This document shows, one piece after another, positions 36,477 to 48,496 of a stretch of 64,000 nt of DNA. The notes under the pieces are model-generated. The model was given only the letters and a program-made list of their open reading frames with translations, searched no databases and had not been told where the DNA came from. Where the stretch lies: the NCBI RefSeq assembly GCF_006345805.1, contig NC_043025.1, positions 11,532,001 through 11,596,000 on the forward strand, given 5' to 3'. Every line of letters starts with the position of its first letter. Within the stretch, counting starts at the first letter, position 1. Origin of the DNA: Octopus sinensis. Lineage: Eukaryota. The position numbers and the translations under genes were made by a program.

Positions 36477-37820
36477 TATTTCTTTATTGCCCACAAGGGG
36501 CTACACACAGAGGGGACAAACAAGGACAGAAAAACGGATTAAGTCAATTATATCGAACCCCAGTGCGTAACTGGTACTTATTTAATCGACCCCAAAAGGA
36601 TGAAAGACAAAGTTGATCTTGGAAGAATTTGAACTCAGAACGTAGTGGCAGACGAAATACCTATTTCTTAACTACCCACAAGGGGCTACACACAGACGGG
36701 ACAAACAAGGACAGAAAAACGGATTAAGTCAATTATATCGAACCCCAGTGCGTAACTGGTACTTATTTAATCGACCCCAAAAGGATGAAAGACAAAGTTG
36801 ATCTTGGAAGAATTTGAACTCAGAACATAGTGGCAGACGAAATACCTATTTCTTAACTACCCACAAGGGGCTACACACAGACGGGACAAACAAGGACAGA
36901 AAAACGGATTAAGTCAATTATATCGAACCCCAGTGCGTAACTGGTACTTATTTAATCGACCCCAAAAGGATGAAAGACAAAGTTGATCTTGGAAGAATTT
37001 GAACTCAGAACATAGTGGCAGACGAAATACCTATTTCTTTAATATCCACAAGGGGCTACACACAGAGGGGACAAACAAGGACAGAAAAACGGATTAAGTC
37101 AATTATATCGAACCCCAGTGCATAACTGGTACTTATTTAATCGACCCCAAAAGGATGAAAGACAAAGTTGATCTTGGAAGAATTTGAACTCAGAACATAG
37201 TGGCAGACGAAATACCTATTTCTTTAATATCCACAAGGGGCTACACACAGAGGGGACAAACAAGGACAGAAAAACGGATTAAGTCAATTATATCGAACCC
37301 CAGTGCATAACTGGTACTTATTTAATCGACCCCAAAAGGATGAAAGACAAAGTTGATCTTGGAAGAATTTGAACTCAGAACATAGTGGCAGACGAAATAC
37401 CTATTTCTTAACTACCCACAAGGGGCTACACACAGAGGGGACAAACAAGGACAGAAAAACGGATTAAGTCAATTATATCGAACCCCAGTGCATAACTGGT
37501 ACTTATTTAATCGACCCCAAAAGGATGAAAGACAAAGTTGATCTTGGAAGAATTTGAACTCAGAACATAGTGGCAGACGAAATACCTATTTCTTTAATAT
37601 CCACAAGGGGATAAACATAGAGGGAACAAACAAGGACAGACAAAGGGATTAAGTCGATTATATCGACCCCGGTGCGTAACTGGTACTTAATTTATCGACT
37701 CCGAAAGAATGAAAGGCAAAGGTCGACCTCAGCGGAATTTGAACTCAGAACGTAGTGGCAGACGAAATACCACTAAGCATTTCGCCCGGCGTGCTAACGG
37801 TTCTGCCAGCTCGCTGCTTC
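36477..37820 (-). mobile_element. Head-to-tail array of SINE B (185-bp units)
   Basis: GAAATAC|CTATTTC junctions at 36660, 36845, 37030, 37215, 37400 and 37585; only the rightmost unit keeps the full head. Confidence 0.92.
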
Positions 37821-38702
37821 TTACCACACAGCTAATACTGTGTCAACAATAAAAAACAGAATGCCGACGGCTGTGTGGTAAGTAGCTTGTTTACCAACCA
37901 CATAGTTCCGGGTTCAGTCCCACTGCGTGGCACCTTGGGCAAGTGTCTTCTACTATAGCCTCGGGACGACCAATGCCTTGTGAGTTGATTTGGTAGACGG
38001 AAACTGAAAGAAGCTCGTCGTATATATGTATATATATATATATATATGTGTGTGTGTTTGTGTGTCTGTGTTTGTCCCCCTAGCATTGCTTGACAACCGA
38101 TGCTGGTGTGTTTACGCAAAAAGAGACTGATAGAGTAAGTACTGGGCTTACAAAAGAATAAGTCCCGGGGTCAAGTTGCTCGACTAAAAGGCAGTTGCTC
38201 CAGCATGGCCGCAGTCAAATGACTGAAACAAGTAAAAGAGTAAAAGAGTAATAAAAAAACAAAATGCAAGACAAAAAACGAAGGAAAGAAGCCAAATTTG
38301 TGTTTAAAAATAACTTTTAATAACAACAATGTTGACAACAACAAGATAATATATAAATGTAAATTACACAAAAAAATATTTTTTTTTTCATTCATTCTTC
38401 TGTTTTCGTATTTTTCTTCTTGTTCTTCACGGTGAGTCCCCATTCCCCACACACTTTTCTTCCCGCTTATTAAGCGATGTTGGTAGTTGGGGGGAGGGCA
38501 TTCAGCGAGAAAAACTTATTGATGCGGTACGTTTGTAGATGCAAATTAAAAAAAAAAATTGAGAGAAAAAAAAAAAAAAAAACATACTGCTCAACATCTC
38601 AGAAAAAAAAATGTAAAAAAAAAAAAAGGGTAAAATAACGAGGCACAAAGCCTGAAAATTTGTGGAGAGTTTTTCAAGTTGATTACATTAATCCCAATAC
38701 TT

Positions 38703-39537
38703 TAATCTTTACCTTTTGACCGACAGATTTAAAAAATAATTTTTTGTAACTAAACACTTTCAAACTTCAGACACTGGTAGAATGTGTCATATAAAACATC
38801 TTTTACTCTTAGCGTTTTTGAGAAAAACTTATATTTATGAAGTCATTTCACGTTAAAGTTGTCCTATTTCAGTAATTTCAACCAATCAATGACGTGTATT
38901 CAGCTGAATAAAATTACTGCCATTGTTTGTCAACAACAACTATCGGCGGTGTATTTTTTTGTTTGTCACTGTTATTTATGACATCGTTCGTGTGTTTGTA
39001 CTGGTTTTAGCTTTAAGGTTTTAGGGTTAGGGTTTTAGGGTTAGGTTGTAAGGGTTAGGGTTTTAGGGTTAGGTTAGTTAGTTAGTTAGTTAGTTAATTG
39101 GCTCAAAAGCAAATAGCAAGGCCATGTAGGGGGACATGGAGTTAAGTACAGGGTGGTGTTCATGTAAAGAGTTCAGGCCACTTGAGGTCAAGGGAGGCTT
39201 TGAACAAAGCAGTCGTCGGCGGTTAAGGTTTTAGGGTTAGGGCTAAGGTTTTAGGGTTAGGGTTGTCATAAATAACAGTGACAAACGAAAAATACACCAC
39301 TGATAGTTCTTGTTGACAAACAACGGCAGTAATTTTATTCAGCTGAATACACGTCATTGATTGGTTGAAATTACCGAAATAGGACAACTTTGACGTGAAA
39401 TTACTTCGTAAATATAAGTTTTTCTCGAAAACACTAAGAGATGTTTTATACGACACATTCTACCAGTGTCCAAAGTTTGAAAGTGTTTAGTTGCAAAAAA
39501 TTATTTCTAAAATCTGTCGGTCAAAAGGTAAAGATCC
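38703..39537. mobile_element. Foldback Merlin-like MITE (family 2) with ~280-bp arms, TTAGGG-like core and nested CR1-B 3' fragment (39074-39220)
   Basis: Arms 38703-38982 and 39247-39537; flanks caatactt / caaaactt (7 of 8 match, 8-bp TSD). Confidence 0.85.
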
Positions 39538-40141
39538 CAAAACTTGACTTTTATTTATTTTATCAACCCTGAAATGATAACAGGCAAAAGTCAACCTCAG
39601 TGGCAATTGAACTTCAGAACGTAAAGAACTGTAAGAACATCCAGGGTGCTAACGTTTCTGCCAGCTTGCCACATTATACAGGTGGAGTAATTTATATAAA
39701 TGATTGTAAAAAAACAAAAAAAAAATAATTTTAAAAAGGGCAAAAATAACCCAAAAATGAATTCTGAGTGTATCTCACAACATGAAGTAAATGGACAGGG
39801 TTTTACCTTGGGTGCGAGGTAAATGAATAAAGAAGGGTCTCCCTGGGTAGGATACGATGTAAGTGTGATCTAAGGATCTCACGGTGGTGAGGGTTGTTAT
39901 AGGAAATACAGGGAAACACATTAAAAAAAACGAAAAGGGAAAAAATAATTTGTCACTGGGTATAAGTTAAACATATAAATCGGCCTTGATGGGGTTCAAA
40001 TCAGAAGAAAAATAATTTTTTTTTTCTTGGGAGATAAATGGAGAAATGAGATTCTATCAATGTACGGCATTATCTTAGGTACGAGATGAATGAAAAAGCA
40101 CATTTCTCCTTGGGTAGGATTTTATTTTGTATGACCTAAAT

Positions 40142-40561
40142 CAGTGGTTTTCAACCAGGGTTCCGCGGAACCTTAGGGTGCCGCAAGAAGTTACAAAACT
40201 GCTAAAATCGGCAGTAATTTTTAATTCTCCTGTGCAGATATGTGTGCATAAGACTATTAAATTATTGCACAGGGGTTCCTCGAGCCTTGGGGTTCTGCTC
40301 CAGCAAAAAGTTTGAAAAGCACTGATATACATCTATATATATCAGTGGTTTTCAACCAGGGTTTCCCGGAACCTTAGGGTTCCGCCAGTACAGTCCAGGG
40401 GTTCCGCAATAAGTTACAAAACTGCTAAAATCGGCAGTAATTTTTACTTCTCCTGTGCAGATATGTGTGCATAAGACTATTAAATTATTGCACAGGAGTT
40501 CCTCGAGCAAGTGGAATGTTTCCTTGGGGTTCCGCTCCAGCAAAAAGTTTGAAAAGCACTG
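40142..40561 (+). mobile_element. Two tandem hAT-like MITEs
   Basis: CAGTGGTTTTCAA...TTGAAAAGCACTG termini at 40142-40324 and 40343-40561; outer 8-bp flanks acctaaat / atccaaat. Confidence 0.75.
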
Positions 40562-40927
40562 ATCCAAATGAATAAATTAATAAATGAGTTGTGTGGTCTA
40601 AATGAGAAGAGTATCTCGCTCTGTGGTTGGAATATTATTGTAAATGCAAGCAAAAAAAAAAAAACCCCAGAAAAACATGCCCCCTCCCTTCCCAAAAATA
40701 TACATATAGTTAACAAAAATAAAAATAAAAAATAAGGCAAAAAAATATTTTCTGAGTGCATTTTTTGAAATGAAAAAAAAAAAAATTAAGAAAAAAAAGG
40801 GAGGAAAAAGGGCTGGACAGGAATGAGGGAAAATGAAATTTCTTTAATCTCTTCTTTTAGGAATTAACAGCAGAATACTGGTTTAAGCAACCTTATCTTA
40901 ATGCCTTTTTTTTTTTACCCCGCTTCA

Positions 40928-41528
40928 TCTTTATATATAAAAGTGAAGTTGTGTGTCTGTTTCCTACGATTTAGATTCCTAACTACTCCCACATTTTGCG
41001 GTGCAGTGTAACCAAAAGCGGGTATCTTATAGTCGTGATTCATATCGAGCCCTTCTGGGTATTAGCGAGCGTCTACGATGAGTCTACGATTAAAAAAAAA
41101 GTTTACCATCATTTTTTCCCATTTTAAATGCATTTTTTCGCTACTATATAAGGGAAGTAACTCTCTAAAAATGTCGACGATGAGTCAACGATTTAAAAAA
41201 AATTTACCATAATTTTTTTCTATTTTAATGCATTTTTTCGCTATTATATAAGGGAAGTAACTCTCTAAAAATGTCTACGATGAGTCTACGATTAAAAAAA
41301 AAGTTTACCATCATTTTTTCCCGTTTTTAATGCATTTTTTCGCTATTATATAAGGGAAGTAACTCTCTAAAAATGTCTACGATGAGTCTACGATTCAAAA
41401 AAAAAATTACCATCATTTCTTTCCATTTTAATGCATTTTTCGCTATTATATAGGGGAAGTAACTCTCTAAAAATGCTTATTTAGTTATTTAACTTGCAAA
41501 CCCAAGCAACGCCGGGCGATACTGCTAG
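40928..41528 (+). mobile_element. Non-autonomous Helitron (same family as 30381)
   Basis: A|TC...CTAG|T ends, 3' hairpin cccaagcaacgccggg, internal ~90-bp repeats. Confidence 0.88.
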
Positions 41529-41784
41529 TAAATACTACAAGATTCATTCATTTTTGAATTCTTTTTTAAAATTAGAGTTTAAAGTACAGACAGTCCAAAC
41601 TTTTTGTTTAAATCCCTGCAATGGATCACTCTTGGCTGAATTAGCTTTCCATTAAATTTGTTTATGGGGGTGAAAATATTGAAAAACTTCACTACCTGTC
41701 AGACTGACAAAGAAATGAGTAAGGTCTCAGGTGGTCGTGAGATGTGCTAAAAATAACTGCTAAATCCCCCTTAAATGCAGCATA

Positions 41785-42412
41785 TATTTCTTTACTGCCC
41801 ACAAGGGGCTAAACATAGAGGGGAACAAACGAGGACAGACAAACAGATTAAGTCGATTATATCGGCCCCAGTGCGAAACTGGTACTTTATTTATCGACCC
41901 TGAGAGGATGAAAGGCAAAGTCGACCTCGGCGGAATTTGAACTCAGAACGTAACGACAGACGAAATACCTATTTCTTTATTGCCCACGAGGGGCTAAACA
42001 TACAGGGGACAAACAAGGACAGACAAAGGGATTAAGTCGATTACATCGACCCCAATGTGAAACTGGTACTTTATTTATCGACCCCGAGAGGATGAAACGC
42101 AAAGTCGACCTCGGCGGAATTTGAACTCAGAACGTAACGGCAGACGAAATACCGCTAAGCATTTCGCCCGGCGTGCTAACGTTTCTTATTTCTTTATTGC
42201 CCACAAGGGGCTAAACATAGAGGGGACAAACAAGGACAAACAAAGGGATTAAGTCGATTATATGATCGACCCCAGTGCGTAACTGGTACTTAATTTATCG
42301 AGCCCGAAAAGATGAAAGGCAAAGTCGACCTCGGCGGAATTTGAGGTCGACTTTGCCTTTCATCCTTTCGGGGTCGATAAATTAAGTACCAGTTACGCAC
42401 TGGGGTCGACAG
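41785..42412 (-). mobile_element. SINE B trimer ending in a foldback
   Basis: Junction gaaatac|ctatttc at 41968; inverted arms 42266-42332 and 42343-42409. Confidence 0.88.
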
Positions 42413-42842
42413 CTTGCCGCCTTAAATGCTGAATAATCGTGTGAATTCCTGTGTGTAGAACACAAATGTGGAGAACTTTTTGAAAATTCCCCAAAATAAA
42501 AAGTGATGGAGTTTTATATGACTAAACCAGAATTCTGCTGAGCTAACATTATTATGGTGGGAATTAAAGAAAGAATGGAATTCCTCCTGGACAGGATGTT
42601 AACTTGGGTAGGGCATTATTTTGTGTGTAATGTAAATGAGTAAATAAAATTCTCCTTAGGTAGGATATTAACGGGGCGAACCAAAATGAGAAAAGAAATT
42701 CCTCTGAGTGTTGGATGTCGGTGATTTCCAACATGGAGCATACGCCCCACCGGTGGGGCTTGGGAGAATTAGGAGTCGGGTGTGGGATCCAAAATTTTTT
42801 GTCATATTTTAGTTGGACGTGAAATTATGAAAATCTTTTTTG

Positions 42843-44063
42843 GGATCTTTTCGGTTTGACCGGCAGTTTTTAACGTAATTTCTTGGTAACTAAAAATTGT
42901 TAAACTTCGTATACTGGTAGAATGTGACAAAATAAAACATTTTTTTCTCTTGGCTTTATTGAGAAAATTCTATAGCTGGCAAGATATTTGTTGTTGTTTT
43001 TTCTGCAATTTCAACCAATTAATGACGTCTATTGAGGTAAAAAACATTCTGTGCCGTATGAATATGTCCCTCGTTTAAGAAACAGGGATCTTTTCAGTTT
43101 GAACGGCTGTTTTTAACATAATTTCCAGGTAACTAAATACTTTTAGACTTCATATACTGGTAGAATGTGTAAAAATAAAACATTTTTTTCTCTTGGCTTT
43201 ATTGAGAAAATTCTATAGTTTGTAAGATATTTGTGGGGGGTTTTTTTCTTCAATTTCTGCAATTTCAACCAATCACTGACGTCTATTGTGCAACAACTAA
43301 TAAATACATTCGGTTGTGCAAATTCTTTGCACGGGAAACCTGCCTTTGTGTGGCGTGTTTCCCCATTTTCTAAATTCGTCTTGGGCTTTCCTAGCCATTT
43401 TCTGCTTTGAGCAATGGCGACTTCAAAGCCATGAAGTCGTCGTCGAGAAGATCGGTGGTCTCCTTGACAACGCTTACGACGTTGATTTCCCTACCCTCCC
43501 CTTCCCCACTGCTTCACGAGGGAGGGAAAGAAGGGGAGGAGCAACACAGGTGCACGTGTGACCATGGACGCCGACACCGACACACGGAAAGAATTTGGAA
43601 GAAACCAGACGACAGCTTCACGGTCAACGACTTCTACGGACAACTCTGCCACGACCACCACCACCACCACCACCACCAACTACAACCTCAACTTAACATA
43701 ATTTTCCCATAACTAAACACTTTTAAACTTCGTATACTGGTAGAATGTGTTTATAAAACACCTTTTTCACTTGGCTTTATTGAGAAAATTCTATAGTTTG
43801 TAAGATATTTGTTGTTGTTTTTGTCTGCAATTTCAACCAATCAATGACGTCTATTGAGAAAAAATACATTCTGTACCATATGAATATGTCCCTCGTTTAA
43901 GAAACAGATTGGGTTTATTTACATTTGTGAAGAAAAAAAAGATACCCTTCCTCCCACCCCTAACCCTCACCCTAAAACAGATTGAAATGCAATAGATCGA
44001 TTCTAGGGTCATAATGTCATATGACACCGCTAGAAAAAACTGCCGTTCAAACCGAAAAGATCC
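42843..44063 (-). mobile_element. Merlin-like MITE with tandem right-end units and a 404-bp foreign insert
   Basis: GGATCTTTTCGG at 42843 and AAAAGATCC at 44063; flanks cttttttg / cttttttt (7 of 8 match). Confidence 0.85.
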
Positions 44064-44358
44064 CTTTTTTTTCATAGCAAACATATAACACCTGTGTCAG
44101 TCTGGCCAAACCAATCCCTCCAGTCAAGCATACTGTGTGAAGACTGCTTTAGTCTAACAGTATTCTAATGCCCTAATGTGGATACTTCTTTAATGAAAGT
44201 ATATAATTATGAAATATTAATAAAAAAAAGAGTGGGGCATAAATTTTCCTAAAAAGTTAAGCATGGGAGAAAATAGGTGCAGAAACGCTCGTATAGTCTA
44301 AGATTCGTAGGAGTTATCTCCCTTGTACGACATAATTATCTCCCTTGTTAACTACATA

Positions 44359-46030
44359 CCGTAAATCCTCGAATAGTCCGCCCTTGAGTATAATACGCAG
44401 GGTGAGGTTTTAGGGGGCTGTACCTCTGAAAAACTTAAACCTTGTGTATAATACGCAGGGGATTTTTAGTGGGCTGTACCTCTGAAAAACCTAAACCTTG
44501 TGTATAATACGCAGGGGATTTTTAGTGGACTGTACCTCTGAAAAACCTAAACCTTGTGTATAATACGCAGGGGATTTTTAGTGGGCTGTACCTCTGAAAA
44601 ACCTAAGCTTTGTGTATAATACGCAGGGGATTTTTAGGGGGCTGTACCTCTGAAAAACCTAAACCTTGTGTATAATACGCAGGAGATTTTTTGGAGGCTG
44701 TCCCTCTGAAAAACCTAAACCTTGTGTATAATACGCAGGGGATTTTTATGGGGCTGTACCTCTGAAAAACCTAAACCTTGTGTATAATACGCAGGGGATT
44801 TTTAGGGGGCTGTAGCTCTGAAAAACCTAAGCCTTGTGTATAATATGCACCCCTTCTCTTAAATTGAGTCAAGGAGGTCTATATACCGTCCTTGGTTTGT
44901 AAAAATGTATACAGTAACGTCCTTTATTATTATTGTATATATAACAATGTAAACGTGTATACGCAGGGGATTTTTAGTGGGCTGTACCTCTGAAAAACCT
45001 AAGCTTTGTGTATAATACGCAGGGGATTTTTAGGGGGCTGTACCTCTGAAAAACCTAAACCTTGTGTATAATACGCAGGAGATTTTTTGGAGGCTGTCCC
45101 TCTGAAAAACCTAAACCTTGTGTATAATACGCAGGGGATTTTTATGGGGCTGTAGCTCTGAAAAAACTAAACCTTGTGTATAATACGCAGGGGATTTTTA
45201 GGGGGCTCTACCTCTGAAAAACCTAAACCTTGTGTATAATACGCAGGAGATTTTTAGGGCGCTGTAGCTCTGAAAAACCTAAACCTTGTGTATAATACGC
45301 AGGGGATTTTTAGGGGGCTGTAGCTCTGAAAACCTAAGCCTTGTGTATAATACGCAGGGGATTTTTAGGGGGCTGTACCTCTGAAAAACCTAAACCTTGT
45401 GTATAATACGCAGGGGATTTTTAGGGGGCTGTAGCTCTGAAAACCTAAGCCTTGTGTATAATATGCACCCCTTCTCTTAAATTGAGTCAAGGAGGTCTAT
45501 ATACCGTCCTTGGTTTGTAAAAATGTATACAGTAACGTCCTTTATTATTATTGTATATATAACAATGTAAACGTGTATACGCAGGGGATTTTTAGGAGGC
45601 TGTACCTCTGAAAAACCTAAACCTTGTGTATAATACGCAGGGGATTTTTAGGGGGCTGTAGCTCTGAAAAACCTAAGCCTTGTGTATAATACGCACCCCT
45701 TCTCTAAATTGAGTCAAGGAGGTCTATATACCGTCCTTGGTTTGTAAAAATGTATACGGTAACGTCCTTTATTATTATTGTATATATAACAATGTAAACG
45801 TGTATACGCAGGGGATTTTTAGGAGGCTGTACCTCTGAAAAACCTAAACCTTGTGTATAATACGCAGGGGATTTTTAGGGGGCTGTAGCTCTGAAAAACC
45901 TCGTGTATAATACGCACCCCTTCTCTAGGAGTTCTATATAACGTCCTTGGTTTGTAAAAATGTATACAGTAACATACTTAATTATTATTGTATATATAAC
46001 ATAATGCAAACGTGTATATGCAGGGGACTT
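44359..46030 (+). mobile_element. Tc1/pogo-like MITE end expanded into a 56-bp satellite with higher-order blocks
   Basis: TA|CCGTAAATCCTCGA start; unit tgtataatacgcagggg...aaacctaaaccttg (period 44501 to 44557); a ~120-bp interrupting block recurs about 4 times; no right TIR seen. Confidence 0.7.
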
Positions 46031-46879
46031 TTTACACAGCCACTCCTGCGCCTACACAACCACTACTGCACCTAGAAAGCCACTCTTGCGCGTTGACAAT
46101 TCATAATAGTTGTAAATGAGTGTCACCGTCATACAAGCAGTGTTGTTTGTTTCCAGTCTTTCATGAAAAACATGTCTAGCTACGAGGGGGGGGGGAAATT
46201 GCCTTGTTTGCGAACAAGCAATGGTTGGTGACAGGAGGAGCATCCAGCCATGGTAAAAAAAAAGGTCTGCCTCAACGAATTCCATCTGACTCATGCAAAC
46301 ATGGAAAAGTCGACATTGAAAAATGATGACGATGATAGTGATGGTGATGATGACGATGATACAGATCATAAAAGTCAAATTGTTATAAAGAAACAAAAAT
46401 AAAGTTCAATTTTTTTTTTCCTTTTTTTTCTTAGAAACTAGCCCTAAATCAAAAATTTTCAGAAAGCTATAATCTAAAAAATATGTACAAATCCATAAAA
46501 AGCAAATTTGCCCAACTTGCAAGTTTAGGAACCCTCAATTTAGATCAACACATACAACCAACCCTCACATTTGCCTGCGCTTTGCTGATATCTATTTTCA
46601 CAGACCCCTGGAGGGACGAATAGTAGAGTTGAACCAAACATGATTTAAACTCCAAATGTAGACGCATGTAACTAATGGTAGATATTTAGGCTGGCACTAC
46701 CATCTGCACCACAGCAGTGCCACTTTGTTGAGCATTATATAAATACACACTGGAGCATTATGGGATAAAACAGGTATTGTGTTTTAAAGCAATAGTCAGG
46801 ATTCTATTGTCTTTATATATTGAGCAGCAACAGAAAAGGAAAAAAAATGTTAAAATGCATTCTTTTGATATTTATATAC

Positions 46880-47060
46880 ATGTGTCTATAATGATGTATG
46901 TATATATGAATGTGTAGATGTTTGTGTATGTGTATATATGCATAGATATGCTTATGTATGCATATATCTACATCTATACACACACACACACACACACATA
47001 TATGTACATACATGCATCTATATATAAAGACATGCATATATACATAACACGCATATATAC

Positions 47061-47108
<48 letters not shown>

Positions 47109-47195
47109 ATATATACACACATATATATATATATATTTATATATATATATACACATATATATATATTTATATATATATATACACATATATATATG

Positions 47196-47231
<36 letters not shown>

Positions 47232-47822
47232 AACAAATACATGCATACATATATACATACACATATATATATATTTATACAGGGAGAGGGGGGGAGAAGA
47301 GATATGTATTTGTGTATGTATACATTTCCACAGGTATGTGTGTGTCTGTATCAACATATAAATATATATACCTACACTCACACGTACATATATACACACA
47401 CATTCACACATATATACAAAATAGAGTCGTTTTTCCAAAGAGGATATATATACATACATATATATATACATGTATATATATATATATACACACAGATATA
47501 TACAAACATACATACATATATACATGTATATATATATATACACACAGATATATACAAACATACATACATACATACATGTATATATATATATATACACACA
47601 GATATATACAAACATACATACATACATACATGTATATATATATATATACACACAGATATATACAAACATACATACATACATACATGTATATATATATATA
47701 TACACACAGATATATACAAACATACATACATACATACATGTATATATATATATATATATACACACAGATATATACAAACATACATACATACATACATGTA
47801 TACATATATATATTTACTTATG
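46880..47822. repeat. TA/CA microsatellite and ~36-40-bp minisatellite immediately 3' of the SVOP stop codon
   Basis: Seen directly. Confidence 0.92.
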
Positions 47823-47835
47823 TACAGCAGTGTTT

Positions 47836-47877
47836 CTATTCAGGGGATTTAGCTTTTTCTTGTGAGGCGCTGATATC
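47836..47877 (-). CDS. SVOP: SVOP-like transporter, probable terminal coding exon
   Basis: aattctttttcAG acceptor, phase 0, encodes DISASQEKAKSPE then TAG; chosen by acceptor quality and position in non-repeat sequence, with no conserved motif to confirm it. Confidence 0.7.
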   Translation of the reverse strand, partial: DISASQEKAKSPE

Positions 47878-48004
47878 CTGAAAAAGAATTTGAAAGTAAA
47901 TTTTTAAAAGTTTCACCTTTCAAATTTTTAACAACAACAACAACAACACCAAAACTAACAGCAAAAGCAGTAACAATAATAATAATAATAATAATAATAA
48001 TAAA

Positions 48005-48310
48005 CATTGTGTACAGTGCTCAGGTGCACTAAAACTCATCTAAAGTGTATATATAATCAGGTGTAGTTTCGACGGATTTCGGAAAGCATGAGGGCCTTAA
48101 AGGATGCAGTGCATAGAGCAACAACACTGACGCAGGCAGTTTGTTCCATGCTTCAGCAACTCTGAGCGTGAAGAAATGTTTCCGAAAGTCATGGGAGCTG
48201 TGTTGTTTTCTGACTTTGTAGGCACGTCCACGTGTGTTAGACACATGGAGATCAAAAAGGTGTTCAGTGTTGTTGTTGGTGAGGTGGTTGATAACTTTGT
48301 GGGTTTTTAC
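48005..48310 (-). mobile_element. CR1/L2-like LINE 3' fragment (also ~57715-57912 and ~60255-60700, minus strand)
   Basis: HKVINHLTNNNTEHLF..NTRG...FFTLRVAEAWNKLP. Confidence 0.88.
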
Positions 48311-48496
48311 CAAGGTTTCAAATTTTGGCACAGGGCCAACATGTTTTGAGGGGAGGGGGTCAAGTAGATTACATCTGCCCCAGTGCTCGACTGGTACTCA
48401 GTGGACAAAATGCCACTAAGCATTTCGCCCGACCTGCTAACATTTCTACCAGCTCACCTCTTAGTATAAAAGATGGGCCACAATAATAATAATAAA

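Noticed and set aside
39010-39250. True telomere or chromosome fusion scar
   Set aside because: Short, degenerate, same-orientation TTAGGG variants enclosed in a MITE with TSD
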